Of a stretch of DNA of 64,000 bases, positions 37,901 to 52,400 are shown piece after piece. The notes below the pieces were generated by a model, which worked only from the letters and a program-made list of their open reading frames with translations, was not told where the DNA came from and did no database searches. The DNA lies in NCBI GenBank assembly GCA_905331295.1, contig CAJNYD010000549.1, positions 1 through 64,000 on the forward strand, read 5' to 3'. The position numbers and the translations under genes are program-made. Position 1 is the first letter of the stretch. Every line of letters starts with the position of its first letter. This stretch comes from Rotaria socialis (Eukaryota).

Positions 37901-40900
37901 TAACAACTATTGACGTATCAACACATACAATGAAAGAAACCAAACTTTCATCAGTATCTTTAAAAATGATTTACAGACTTCCGTAGTGAATATAAATTAT
38001 TTTTTTGTGTTGTACAAAAGAATCAATTTTGTTCTATTTTTTCGATACATTATATCCGTGTGATCATATTCTTTTCAAATTCTCTCCGTTGCTTATGTCA
38101 TACAGTAGTAGACAATGGATATAATAGAGAACAAGCTAGTAGTAGGTCTCTAATCAACATTCAAGTCGAGTACAAAAGAAAAAAAATGGCAGGAGCCAAT
38201 GTAACGACAACGTATACAAGTGTGTATGCTATCAACTCATGTTAATTCGAAAGTGTAAATGGATACTCATCTCTAGCAACTTCAAGACGCTTTGTAANCC
38301 GTTGCTTATGTCATACAGTAGTAGACAATGGATATAATAGAGAACAAGCTAGTAGTAGGTCTCTAATCAACATTCAAGTCGAGTACAAAAGAAAAAAAAT
38401 GGCAGGAGCCAATCGAATTCATTCATAAAAGATATCATACTATAGACACTTAATTGTACATAGTAAATCTTACGATAACGCAAATGAGTAAATGACCACA
38501 TTTAAACAATCAATATAATTTATCGAGATCTTAATTGATGAAATTAGTCATTTTTGATTATTTTCATTCACATTGTTCATGATACATATAGGATTTCGTT
38601 TTAATAGAAATCATTCTCTATTCAATGTTGTTTATAGTAATGAATGTTAAGTATCTTTTCAAAATGAATGATACCATAAAGGTTGCCTACAGAGTTCATT
38701 TATTGTAATAATAAATGTTTCTAACATTCAACTAAATTAAAAACGGAATTCCTACAAAAAACCTTCATGAGCTCTTTAAACTTTCAGTCGATATCCTATG
38801 TGAATAATGCCATGTAACGACAACGTATACAAGTGTGTATGCTATCAACTCATGTTAATTCGAAAGTGTAAATGGATACTCATCTCTAGCAACTTCAAGA
38901 CGCTTTGTAAGCAGCTGTTAGGCATATACTGACCTTGTTGTACGTTATTTTCTAATATAGCTATTGGCATTTGTTGTTCTTCAATTTTATGGTTCTCATC
39001 ATTAGTCGAATTGTTTTGAACCATACCAAATAGATTTCTTGACAAACCTAAATTGATGCCAATATCATCGAGAATTGTTTTACGTGGTCGAATAAAAGCG
39101 TCACGCGGAGATATTAATGGTGATGCTATTTTAGTTGTAGATTGTTCATCAGTTACAGACGAATTCGATTGATCATGTTTAAAAACGTTGTCAAGCGATT
39201 TTCTTGGAGCTGATAGTGTACCTGACCATGAAGATTTACCTTTTGCAATGGATGCATTTACATCGTCGTTGCCACCTTTCGTAGCCATAGCAGCATTCAT
39301 ACTTTGTTCAAAACGTTTTAATGCACGTAAAGCAATAGGATCATCTTCAGGACGTTGAGCGCTTGTAGTTACTAATGGACTTTGTGAGTCTTTCGATGAT
39401 GAATTTGAAGGTTTCATTGGATCATCAACAGTGTCGATAATTTTTAGCATGGCCTTTTGATAAGACGATATAACAGTATCATGAAAGAAAATTTTATCAT
39501 CAGTAGGTACGATAGCCGGTTTAGTTGAAGTTTGCCGTGGAACTTGTTGAAGTTCATCATCGGTAAGAATACAATCGATAGGCTCAATCGATCGATTATT
39601 TACTTCGGATAGTTCGTCGTCTTCATCTGGTATTTCTTCGATTTCAATTGTTTTATATCGTTCTTCATGATCATCATCAATATTTTTTGACATAATTAGT
39701 TTATTTTCTAAATTATTGGATAAAATCTTAACGAAAGATTCATCTTCAAATTGTTGATGATTGCATTGCTCTAATGTAGGTAATGGCCGTTCTTTTTCTT
39801 GTTCTTCTTCGTTTTCTTTTTTTTCTTGTTCTAATAAAACTGGCTGTGTTGATTCATCGTTTATTAATATTGTTCCCAATGCATGGTGGTTGTTGTGCTC
39901 GACATCGCACTGGTTCTTTTTCTCTACACGAACATTGTCGTCGTTGTCGTCGTCGCAATGTTCTTCTTCTTTTTTTTCTTCTTCTTCTTCTTCTTTTACT
40001 ACTACTGCTAGAATTTCTGTTGGTAAAAGTTCAATAGTTTTGTCGTCATCTGCATTTGTCAGTAACGAAGAAGATTTTAATAATAAAGAAGATGAAGGTG
40101 AATGTGAATCACATGAATCATTGATCGTTCTCGAGTTATTATTATTATTATTATTGTTATTGTTTATATTCATCTGTTCGTAGTGATCTGAATCGTTGTT
40201 CGTAGGTGTAAAAATTTCATTTTCATATTCGGTTAGGTCTTGTTTTGTTTTTATTTTCATATCTTCCTGAAGACTTTTCACGTCTCTTAATAAATCTAAT
40301 ATAATTTTCGATGATTGTTGAGCATCATCATTGGTTTTACCATCATAACAAATTAGTATCGACGAAGTATCTAAATGAAGTAATGATAAGTATATATGAG
40401 AAAGAAAAAAAAAATGTACATGTATGTGTGAAAGGTATGGCCAATCCTTGGTCATGTGTCATAAATGAGACCGATAGCGATCAATGAGAAATGGCTGCCT
40501 AGTCGATTGATGACATATCTTATTAGTGACAAGAGTAGATGAAATTAATAAAAAGAGAAAAAAGACGAGAATTTCATTGACCTCGTCCTTTTTCATGTAC
40601 ATAGAAAACTTTTCTTTTGCTTCTAATGGACTTATAATTGATAGTGATGATGAAGAGGCCCATTGAATCTCTTTCGTTAGTGTTTTTGTTATTTTACAAA
40701 TAATACAAAAGCTTTACCATTCGATTGTAAATCATCAAGTACTTGATGTTCATTTTTCGTTTGGTCGACGATGTCTGTCGTTATTGAGGTGTTAATCTCC
40801 TAAAAATGAAAATAAAACGAAATGCACTTGAATATACAAATCATCTTTCAGATTTTTTTTCTGTTACATCGTTCTTCACATTAACGAAAGACATGAAAAA

Positions 40901-43900
40901 AAAGAAAATTTGGTTCATTTTAACAATGACTTTTAGTAGTAGTAGTCAGGCGAAAATGAATTACTTTCTGTCTACGTATGCGTTTGTGTCGATCGTTAGA
41001 CAAACAGTCATAGGGCATGCTGTATAACTCAGCTTTGGAATCGGTCAAGTTGATGACAAGATTATTTGGCTTCCAATCAATAGAATAACAGTGTTAAATT
41101 AACTGACATTATTAAAAATTCATGAAAAGAAATAGAAACATAAAAAAAGTTCAGTCAGCCGAATACAACAAATAAAAATTGTTTTCTCATGGGCTTCTGA
41201 AAACATTTATTTTTGCGTCTATTTCAATGCGAAATCATAATAGCACATAATTAATATGTACATAATTATTATCTATTTAATTTTCGTTAACAGAGAAAAC
41301 AATGCTTCAGGCTAGTTCATATTAGTTATCGATGCATGGCAACAGATCGATACAAATAATTGAATTTCTACCCTGTATATTGTGATGAGAAGCAAATCAA
41401 TTTCTTTTTCTTTTTCGTTTGATTCATAGATAATTTTTACAAGTTATAGAAGCCGAAACGAAAATTATTGGCGAATGCATAAATAAATCTTGATTCAGAT
41501 ACGTTAATCGAGCGACAAGGTTAGCATAACTATATGTTTTTTTTTTTTTTGTATGTTAAGACTAGAGTGCAAACATTGAAAGCATTTTCAACTAACAACG
41601 ATTAACATTGAAGAGGCTTTTTTCGATTTATGATTAATTTTTTTCGAATAGACTAACCTGATTTTGTAATGACATCGAACGATTCAATGGTGTTAATGAA
41701 ATATATCCATTCGATTTGCTGATGTTATCTTGTGAAGAATTATTTTTATCTTCTTTTTTCATTGATGTTTTTGTTTTACTAGAAGAATTGTCTTTCTTTT
41801 TTATTGGTAATGTATTTGATTTTGATGGTGGCGATGAAGAAAATTTTCGTCTAAGTACAGCAATTGGTGGAAATTCTACGCCAAGAAAAGATTTTGTTGG
41901 CAGCTGTTCCTGACAGGTTTTATTAACTTTCGTTGTTGTTGTCCAACGTTCTTGCATTTTTCGTTCACGACGAGACATTTTTTCACTTGAACTCGTTGTC
42001 ATCTGTTCCACTGTGTCTATAGATGATGCTGAAGCTACTTGTTCATTACTATTAGTAGTGCAATCATGAGTTAAGCCTGTACAAATGTTGCTATTGCTTG
42101 TCGTATCTTTTGCTTCTTTAATGACATTAGTATTGTTTGAAGTATATTCTGTTGATGACGATGATCCTTCTATTTAAAATAGAATAAGAGAATAATAATA
42201 CAAGAAAAAAAAAGAATTGTTTTAGTATATTGATCACCCACGAATTTGTTTGACTCTCTTTTGAAATAGTCTCAACATGGTCAGACCACAAATGTGCTTC
42301 TTCACGATTTTTCTTCTTTCTCTTTCATGTCTACCTCTTGTTGGAAGAAAGCATATAAACTGTATTTTTTTTGCCTCTTATGTTATGCGATCAGTAAGAT
42401 GCACAATTATAATGCATCAAAGCTAAAGGTGTAGTAGTAGTAGAGAAAAAAAACAGCATGCTTACCTTGATCGAACACTGCAGTATTATTATTGTTATTA
42501 TTAATATTATTTGTTTCATCTGCTTCTTGTGGCATGTTTTCAGTATCAACCAACGATGAATCCGGTGAATAATAGTTACTATGTGAAGATTCGGATTCGC
42601 ACGATTTTACTTCATCAACGGAAAAATAATTTTCATTTGCTGGTAATAATTGATCATCGGAGGTTGTTGATAATAATAGACACTAGAGAATAGAAAAAGA
42701 CAAAAATAATATATTACCTATCTCATATATGTACCGTGTCTCATATATACTACAACTCTTGCATATCCGAGAAAAAGAAAAAAAAAGTAACGCTGTTGGT
42801 GGTAATTGTCTGTATGACGCAACTTTCTTATGTTCGAGTAGGCGTGAATAGCTATGCAAGAAAAAAATCTTGCTCATTTCTTTATTATTCTTACACTTTA
42901 GCTGTCATCGGACAAATGTGAGAATTAAATTAATTGATTTAGAAAGGTTAGAACTATAACTGGAAAGATAAGATTATTTCTTTTAGTTAAAGGTTTCGTT
43001 AAATGGACAATTTATTTTCGAACGGGACTGGCTATTGATATTTTCCGTTATCTTTTCTTCTACTTATAGTTTGTAAAATAGTAAATTGTTTCTTCATGTG
43101 TAAAATACTCACACACACTCAGAAAGAAAGAAAAAGAAAAAAGAAATAATCCTTTTCTTCTCAAAGCAAAGATTTATGATATATATCATTAAAGAGATGA
43201 TTATCTCGTAGTTTTATATTTGCATGAGTAATATGACTCGTCGAAGAGGTAATATTGACAAATATGCGCAAATGTTTGCTTAAAATTTTTTCCTAATCGA
43301 ATAGAGATCTATTCGTTTCAAAAAAAGTTTATCGCTTACTGTAAAACGACCTTAGACTGTCACCTTCTTTTTAATTTCTTCTAAATAGAAAATGTCGAAA
43401 ATATTAATGATTTGTCTTTTCACATCGAGACCGGCCGATCAGCTTTGATAAGTAGAAAATCGCAAATTACGTCTATGAGAAAAATCTGTAATGAGTGTCC
43501 CCAATTGAAATTTGAAAGGGAGAAAAAAGTTGAAGTTGCTTCTTATTTATGCGAAGCGAAAGAGAATCTTACTTTTAATGCATCAGACGATGGCTTTGAG
43601 TCTTGTGGTTTTATCTGTTCTAAATCAACAATAAGCCAGGTATCGTCATCGTTCATTGTTATAGATGAAATTTGTTCATTATTGATCGGTGAATGATTTG
43701 CTGTCATTAGATCTGCATCTGGTCTGTACTCACGTACCAATGTTTGCATTAATGTTTGATCACTGTTATTTGTAATAGTCGATTCCGAGCACGAATGGTC
43801 GGGTGATGAAAATGATAATGAAATATTAAGCGAACCATCGCGTACTAATGTTTGACAAACATTGACGAATCTTGTTTTATTGATTATAGACGGAGTACTT

Positions 43901-46200
43901 GAATCGGATTCGTCCTCAACAAATTTATTAAAAAGAAAATACAAGTATTCAATTAGATTTTGATCGATCTTTCGAATTGTCGAAGATTTCGTTTTAGTGT
44001 TTGTCACATTAGCGACTGTACTATCGTTATTTAAACATTCAACACGTAGAATAAGTAAATTGATTAATGTTAAAATTTCATTGTCATCGGCAGTATGATC
44101 ATTATCAAATGTATTTTTTAAAAGATTCTCATTCGATAATTTATTCAAACTAATAGGCATCGATGGAGAAGAAGGAGTTAATGAAGACGACGAGGACGAT
44201 GATGCTGATAATGATGACATTCGATTTCGATTCGATTGACGACGCGAATTATTTGTTAAATAAAATGTTTGAGATATACAGTCGATTGTTTCAGACGATT
44301 TCTATACGAACATATACATATTTGTACACATAATTCAAACGGAAAAAAAGAGAGAGAGAGAGAGAGAGAAGGATTTTTAATTATTTGCTCAATTAGAAAA
44401 ATGTACTGAATCAATACATGATCTATGTTGACGTAGCAAAAAAAAATGAAGAATAACCTTAGAAGTGTATCCTTTTTTTTGTAAAATTTAAATCGTATAA
44501 GCACGACCGATTTGTATCGTGTCTCATTTCATAACAGAGGAAAAAAGAGGCAAATTTTTCTCTAGAATTTGAAACCGGAGGTAGTTGAAAATGGAGAAGA
44601 AATAAAGGAAAGAACAAGAAATGAATTCTAAGTGATTTGACTTGATTGAAACAACACCGAGTGAATATTTAACTATAAATATTTTATTTTCTTTCTTGAC
44701 TCTTCACGATAAGATGCATAAATATATATCAATAAAAAAAAATCATTTTTTTTTAAAGATTAATAAGGTAAAAAATATTGACAAGCAAACTAGATTTCTT
44801 TTTCTTTTTACCTTTTGTCTAATTCTTTGATAATCATTTATGTTTTCATTCGTTGTTGCTTTTAGTTCGCTACGTAAATATTGTAGAAATGAAGTAACTA
44901 ATGAAGTTGTTTTAGTCTTGTTATTATTGTTATGATTATTTGAACCGCTTGCATATCGTCGACGTTCTTCTACGCTGTCTTCGGTGCTTTTATTCGAAGG
45001 AAATGTTTGTCGTGCTGGTAAAGACGCCGATCGATTTGTCGTTTGATATTTAGTAGGATCAGTCTCGTCAATAGAATGTATATTTGAACAAATGTTATTG
45101 TTACTACTGTTGTGGTTTCTTCGCTCCCGAGGCGGTCGAACAGAACAAAATTGATCTTCTAAAGTAAAGGTCTTTATCCCATGTGTTCAATTATTTATAC
45201 ATATGTTGACAAATCGAATAAAAAAAAAACGCTCTCCTATTACGAATTAAAAAAAGAAATGAAAAGAAGAGTCGCTCTAGATTTGTAATATGACAAACGA
45301 AACACTATGAGTCAATATTAGACAAGTGTAAATTCTTTTTCTTTTTATTCTTCACCGTACTCACCTATCATTGTTGCTATACCACCATCGTCCTCGTTGT
45401 CGTCTTCTTCTGCTACTACTACTGCTGGTTTATTGGTACAATACATTATTATTACAGAAACTGAATGTCTGACTAGGAACAAACAATAACCAAGAAAAAT
45501 AGAAGAAAAGAAAGAGTTTTTTCTTTTTGTTCTGTTTTATTTTATGAGTTTTGTTTTTTTAACGAATTTCATAGCATATTGTCAAATACAAATAATCTAA
45601 AATCTTTTTTTTTTCCATCAATATGCCTCGGCCAAGTGATCAACTTTGAGTGATTATTCTCGGCTCAGGTTTTTTTCTTTTCTTTTCTATGCTGAAATTT
45701 TCAGTCGTTTTTTTTCGCTTTTTCATCATACGTAGTTTAGCGTGGTGTAATCAAGTAAAAAAGGATAAGAGAGTGAGATTTACAAAAAATTCATTTCTTG
45801 TAAACTCTACGTCGAACATACACATCAACAGACTTGAATATGAATTATGCAGAGAGAGAGAGAGAGAGTAAATCTCAGCCTGGCGCCCTTGTGTAGTACT
45901 CCATTCATTGGCAAAACAGTCGCAAAGAAAGCACCCACGAAAACGACACAAACAGAATAAGTATATTCAAACAATTTCATTTCTCAAAAATGTTGTTTAT
46001 GTGTATGTTTATACGAACCACTTGAAAGCATATAATATACTTGAAACAAACGTCACATGATGAAAATATAGCTTGTTTGAATCGAAACTCTAACACATTA
46101 AAAATCTTGTTTTTCATGCACAATTGATAGAATAACAATTCTCTCAACTATGCAAATTCTTCTAATCTAACACGTTTATTCACTTACCTGTTATATTCAT
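33883..46200 (-). CDS. Large (~2,200 aa) mostly low-complexity protein of unknown family, ~12 exons; 5' end uncertain
   Basis: Phase-consistent exons at ~46188-46200+, 45365-45472, 44812-45158, 43573-44301, 42467-42682, 41658-42169, 40719-40800, 38934-40370, 36079-37462, 35314-36021, 34464-35268, 33883-34285; the long ORF-track segments match these. Confidence 0.8.
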
Positions 46201-49200
46201 TTCATCTGGTATCAATTCCAAGTATCGAAATAGAAACCTAGCGTAAAATGCTTACTATGGATTAATAAATGATGATGAGCCTGTCGCCTTCACTATTCGA
46301 TTACATCGTTTAACATATACATATATATATATATACATATATAAGAGAACAATGGACTGAGCAATGTATAAAAAAAACCGAGAAGCAACAGAGCGTTATT
46401 CGATCTAAGAGATAAGGATAAAAAAAAGAGGGAGAGAGCAAGACACAAAGACGAAGGAAAAAAGGAAGAAGATATTACGCATACACTTATTGAACAGGAT
46501 ACACCAAATATACACACACTATGATCGATATGTCAATAAAGCATAGCACATTTTCACATACACGGTGACGACGATGACGATGACGATGATGATGATGAGA
46601 AACAGCAGATGGATCCTGACTTTCTCATCTATTTGCACAATAAACACGTCCGCTCCGATTATTCCTATGCTCAAACAATCTTTGTTGTTATGATTACAAA
46701 ACTATAGATTATTGATTATGTCTTTTGTTCCTATTTCTAACCGGGGAAACCATCCATTAAGAATATTTATTCTTATTAGCCTTTGCTTACTCCAACAGAG
46801 TGACATATAAGATACATCCATGTCGATACAAGGATATTATTAATATGTAATAGCCCGATCTCTCTATTCTTTAATTGACCATATGCTATTTATTCTAAAT
46901 AAATAAATAAATAAATAATGTAAAAACTATCCAGATTAGTTCCTTATGAACTGTTTGCAATCACTGAACTACAGGGATAAAAACAACCTTGTTCAGTGTC
47001 AGTGATCGTTGTTTTTTTTTGAACGAGTGCAAGTCGATTATAATTGGGTTTGATTCTTTTTTATGAAAAAGATTCTATTAAAAAGGAGAGGACAAGGCAT
47101 GAACAAGTATACGATTAAGCCTTCATACTGTGTAGAATACTGATTGAACACATTGACCAAAGATAATATCACTCTTACACTTTTTCTACGTATTTAGAAC
47201 ATGAAAGGGCATCCTTGATAGAAAAAAGATTCGTGAGAGCAAGGACAAATTTTCACGCTTAGTAATATTGGTAGTTTATACTGATAAATCGGACACGCCT
47301 ATAAAGTCACATAAAAGATATAGAATATAATAATAGCTGAGACAAATTCATTATTCACAATGAATATACGCTTCGTTTCTCATGATACTAATTGAAATCA
47401 AAAAGTATTTCAATATTATTCTTATACCAGCGCGATAATTATATTTAAATGGCACGTTATCGTTCATCCAGTTAAGATGAAAGATGAGATACTCAACTTG
47501 TATTCATCATACTCCTGTATCTTACTGTTTAAACAATTCATTCTTATTCTTGATTTTATATTCAGCCGATCTAATCCACACACACATATATATATATATA
47601 TATATGGCGTGTGTTCTTGTGTCTGTCTAGTGCTTCTACTTGATCAATCGATCATTGATCTTCTAGTATTACTTTAGAGACATAGCATCAAAGCGTTTCA
47701 TTTTATTGTAGTAGATATCGCACGCACATATGAGACTAATTCACCAATAGATATTTGACAAAATGAACAAAAGGAAAGCAAGAAAGAAAGAAAGAAACGT
47801 TTAGATGAAATAAAAGCTGACTGCTGCTATACTATAAAATAGAAAAATAAATTCTATTGACTTTATTCTTATCTTATCTTAATTCTTCTTGAAATGTTAA
47901 TTTGAATATGAAAAATCAAAGGAGAATTATTCGTTTTCAAGATGTTTCAAAACAGAAGTCATTCATGAATTTCTTTTCTTTTTCGAGTACTCAAAGTTAA
48001 TATTGAAAGTAGAAGTTTCTACTTTTTCGACTACTTAATCAAGTCGATGATTATGCATTAACATTGAACTATAAAAGAAAAAGAAGCTAACCCTGAAAAT
48101 ACATATACATATAGGCAAGATATTTGTCCTTCTCGTACTATTTTAACAAGTGTAGGAAGTGGTGGTTTACTCTCATTTACATATGAGAGAGAATTTGTAT
48201 AGAAAGAAAAAGCCCGTACAATGAAAAAAGGCAATTAAGTATGTTCAGTTGTACTAAACTAATTTAATATTCTAAAATATGCACATGCAGGCGTACGCGT
48301 ATTGATAGTTCTTACTTGATTGTTTTATTTTGTGTCGTTGATTTTCGCCGTCTACATTGAAAATTAGCCCGAGATTCGTTCGAGTATCCAGTTTGACAGA
48401 TGGTTTATTGAGAGAAATAATTTTATAATTTCCTAAAATAGACGAATTTTCCATGTGAATCAATTGAAGACAGAAGAAAAGTGTATGTACATAAAGAAAC
48501 TAGAAATAGTTTGAAATTTGCCGTGGACTGATAGGTAAATAGAAAACTTGAATAAAAACTCGAGTAAACGAAGTTGTTAAACCAGTATAAGTTGCTCGTC
48601 GATAGCGTAAAACCATAAGGAGACGATTTATCATGTTGTTAAAAAGCTTTTAAAAATAAATCTTTCTAATAAAAAATAAATTGAAATAAAAAATCTGACA
48701 AAATCAACTTCGATACTTACAGATAATATGATTTTTAAATTAAGAGATTTTTTTTCTAAATATTATTTGCTTAATAATGCAATTAATCGTTTAATATGAA
48801 CGTTGCTATGTATTCTAACGCCCAAAGTAAATACAATGTTCTATAGTAAACATGAGATGAATGTTAAAATAGTATGTATTGCCGAGAAAAAAATCATAGC
48901 ATTCATTTTATAATAAGATCGATAAGAGAAAATGAAAATCTCTCTTCCTTTTTTATTCTCTTTTTCGTTTTATTTAATCCTTTAGTTGTGTAGTTCTATT
49001 TTTATTGACACTCTATACATATACATATAAGAGACATTAAAAAGAAAAGTAAGTATTGTATATAATCTCAACTCCAAAAATTTGAAAATGAAGAACAGCA
49101 AGGACTTCTAGTCGTAGAGAGACGTTCTTTTTCCTGTTTGCTAAGAAACTTTCATTTTAACCAATAAAAAAAAAATTCTTTTCTTATAAATATTATTATA

Positions 49201-49452
49201 CACAGTCAAAATTCTCTCCTATTTCAAGTACACTTAATATTGAATGTAAACAATAGTATTTTTTAATAACTTGAGTATACAAAGATGTGTTTTTCTTTCT
49301 TCTACTTTATTTCCATCTGTTCTATTTTTGTCATTTGATGAGATTCAATAATATTGAACTGTATATTCTCACTTGTTAATATATATATATATATATATTA
49401 TATCATACAAAACTATTGAATTATACATTTCTTTTTTTTTGAATATTTATTT

Positions 49453-52400
49453 TCAATTTAAATCAAATTCATTTGCTGATGTTAATTGAGAATAAACAGA
49501 GTTCGGATTACGTCGTGGAACATGACGAAATATTGTATTACGATGATTGTATACTGTACTTATAACACCAAGTAGTATAAGAAGAAAGGCAATAGTTAAA
49601 ATTAAAAATAATGGAGCGAAATCTCTTCCAATAGAGCCTGTATCGTTATCACTATCATTATCATTATCATTATCAGTCTCATTGTTAGTACTATGATCAT
49701 CGATAGATTTCTCAGTTGTACCATCTTGAGACGCATCCGTTGGTGAATATGGTTCCGTATTGATTACAAGTGTAGTCGATGCAATATTTGTTACAGACTC
49801 AGTCGGTGGTAAATTAACATATTCTCTAGAAAAAGGAAAAAAAACAGAATCTAGAAAAGTTTTCATTTTCTTTTGTTTTTAAACTAACTGTTTTGCTTTA
49901 ATATTACTACTCATTATACTAGTTGGTAGTTTTTGGCATATAACAGTTGCTGTTAGATTGCAAGGTATTTCATCACATAAAACAGTTGGTATAGAATTTA
50001 ACCCGAAATTCATGTATCCACAACCAATTTGCTGTGTTTTGAAACCATTCTTTTCGCTTGTTGTTAAACTTGTCGATGACATTAGCGCGGCATAACGTTC
50101 ATGAAATGTTTTTTCACACATATCATAAATAGCGTTAGAATCTGGTACAATTGATACAGTAGCATTATTTTTTACATCACTTTCTATAACTGTTCTATTT
50201 AACATATCATAATGAACGCCGACATGTATAACATCTGATGATGAATAAGTTTGTTGACGTAGAAACAAGGTTTTTACGTATTGTAATGAAACAGATTTTT
50301 CAGGAATAAATACCATAGCATTATCACGGCGACATTCTTCTTGAGCATCTTTCCAACTTGTTTTATGATCGGAAACTTTATAGCAATAATCATCTATTAA
50401 ATGATATTCGTTCTTTGGGTCATCGCATTCATAACTGGTTATAACATCAACTGTTACTGACGTTTGATCGCCATCTTTAATTGGTTGAATCAATGTTGGT
50501 TTACTTTCTAAATTTTTATCAACACACACTGGCATAGCTGATGATTTTGTACATTCATTGGATTCAGTAATACATCTTTCATCGCTTGCTTCATCGTCAT
50601 TGTTGTTCGGTACACTTGTTACTGCAATGCAATTTCTATTAACATTTTCCGGAATTGTCGAACATTGTTTTAGTAAACGCGTTGATATTGTTTTCTCATC
50701 GGCTATATCTGTTGTACGATCGATCCAATAATATCTTGTATCGTTAACAAGTCGAAACTTATACGACAAACGAAATCGTTGTATGAGAATCGTATACAAA
50801 ATGGATTCCGGTAGAATATCTTGAAGTTCAACAGTATCATTGATCTTTGCTAATGTACCTCCGATGAATTCGCAATAACTTTTTGCTTCCGCGAGAGAAT
50901 TTTTTTTAACAGAAAAATGACTAAAAACACATTGCTCATCATTTTGAGCAATAAGATAACCTTAATTTAAAAAGAAAGAAGCGTATTCGTTTCTTTATTA
51001 GAACAAAAAACATAAATCGAAAATTTTACCATGTCGACATTTTGGTTGTAATACATACATTGAATATACAGTGACATTCATTTTATTTCCACATGTATAA
51101 AAATAATTGCTTGCACATGGTTGAGAACAAGATTGTCCAGTTAATATTTCAGCATCGGGATCTGCCCTTTTCAGGGCACGATTCGTACATAAACATTCAT
51201 TATCATTGATTAATGCATATTTCTGTTTATATTTTGCACATAATTCTAAACAATACCGTGGATGAAAATCATACTTATTAGTCAGTTTAAATTGATAGAC
51301 TGTTGATTGATCAAACGATGGTAAACTTATGCAGCTATCATAAGCAAAGAGTGGAAATGGTTCAGGTGGCTTACGCACAGTTGCTTGTGTGCGACGTGAA
51401 TTCAAAATTTGATAAACAACTATTGTACCATTATCACCACACAATTCATTAGTATTTCCTAAAGAAGAAAATAATTTTGTTTCTAGTAGATTTAAAGAAA
51501 CTGTTTTGTAACAAATTAATTTCAATAGCAGAGAAATTTTCTTAAGTGTTGGTTCGCTTCTCAGTGCGAACTTCGTTGTCAGTACAGTTTTATTGAACGT
51601 TTGGTAATTATGTTCAAGAAACTCACGAGCCTGAACGTTTTACAATTCTTAATGAAAGTCAATCTAAATAGGCTGTTTATATGGTAAAATTTTCAGATTA
51701 ACTAAACATGTTTCATCTTCTAAAATTTAAGATATGAACACGAAGATGTTAAGACTTGGAAAGAAAGTATTGATGATGAATAGATTCGAATACTTCTAAT
51801 CATAATAATGAAAAACGAAGAAGCAAAAGGTATGATTGACCTTAATGATTGCATCAAGTTTCGTTTCTCGATTCATCGTAGACAATCGATTGTTAGTTTC
51901 GATTTAGTCAGCAAAGCAACATCTAGTTTATGATTACAATCAGTGCATATCAATTTAATAGATTCATTAGAGAAACACAATATATGAGAAATCAAGGCCT
52001 TTTTCATCCGAGTCATGTTGCGATTTGCTTCAATTTCTTCTGCATCTCGCTTAACATCGAGTAAGATATCAATCTCTTTTTTTCATATTTGAAAGCTATC
52101 TAAATTGATGCAATGTTAGACTATTGATTCCATCGTGTGTAGATCTTTCGTAGGTAATTTTAAAATTCTTGCTGTAGACTTTTAATTTTGTATTGGACAG
52201 ACTAACTAATTTGCAAGAAATATTTTATCCGTTGACAATAATCTCCGTACAGAAAGAAATTCAACTATTCACAATCTCGTAAAAAGCAATCATAAAAACA
52301 TCGCTATTCATCCTATTGCATTTACACAATCCGATAATTACCTGGACAAGGATTTCCACAAGATTTTTGTCGAAATTTTTCAAAATCTACTGTGATGTTT

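Noticed and set aside
39761..40183. Plus-strand Ser/Phe/Leu-rich ORFs (also 27734, 35049, 36288, 36755, 41716)
   Set aside because: Antisense shadows of real minus-strand exons.
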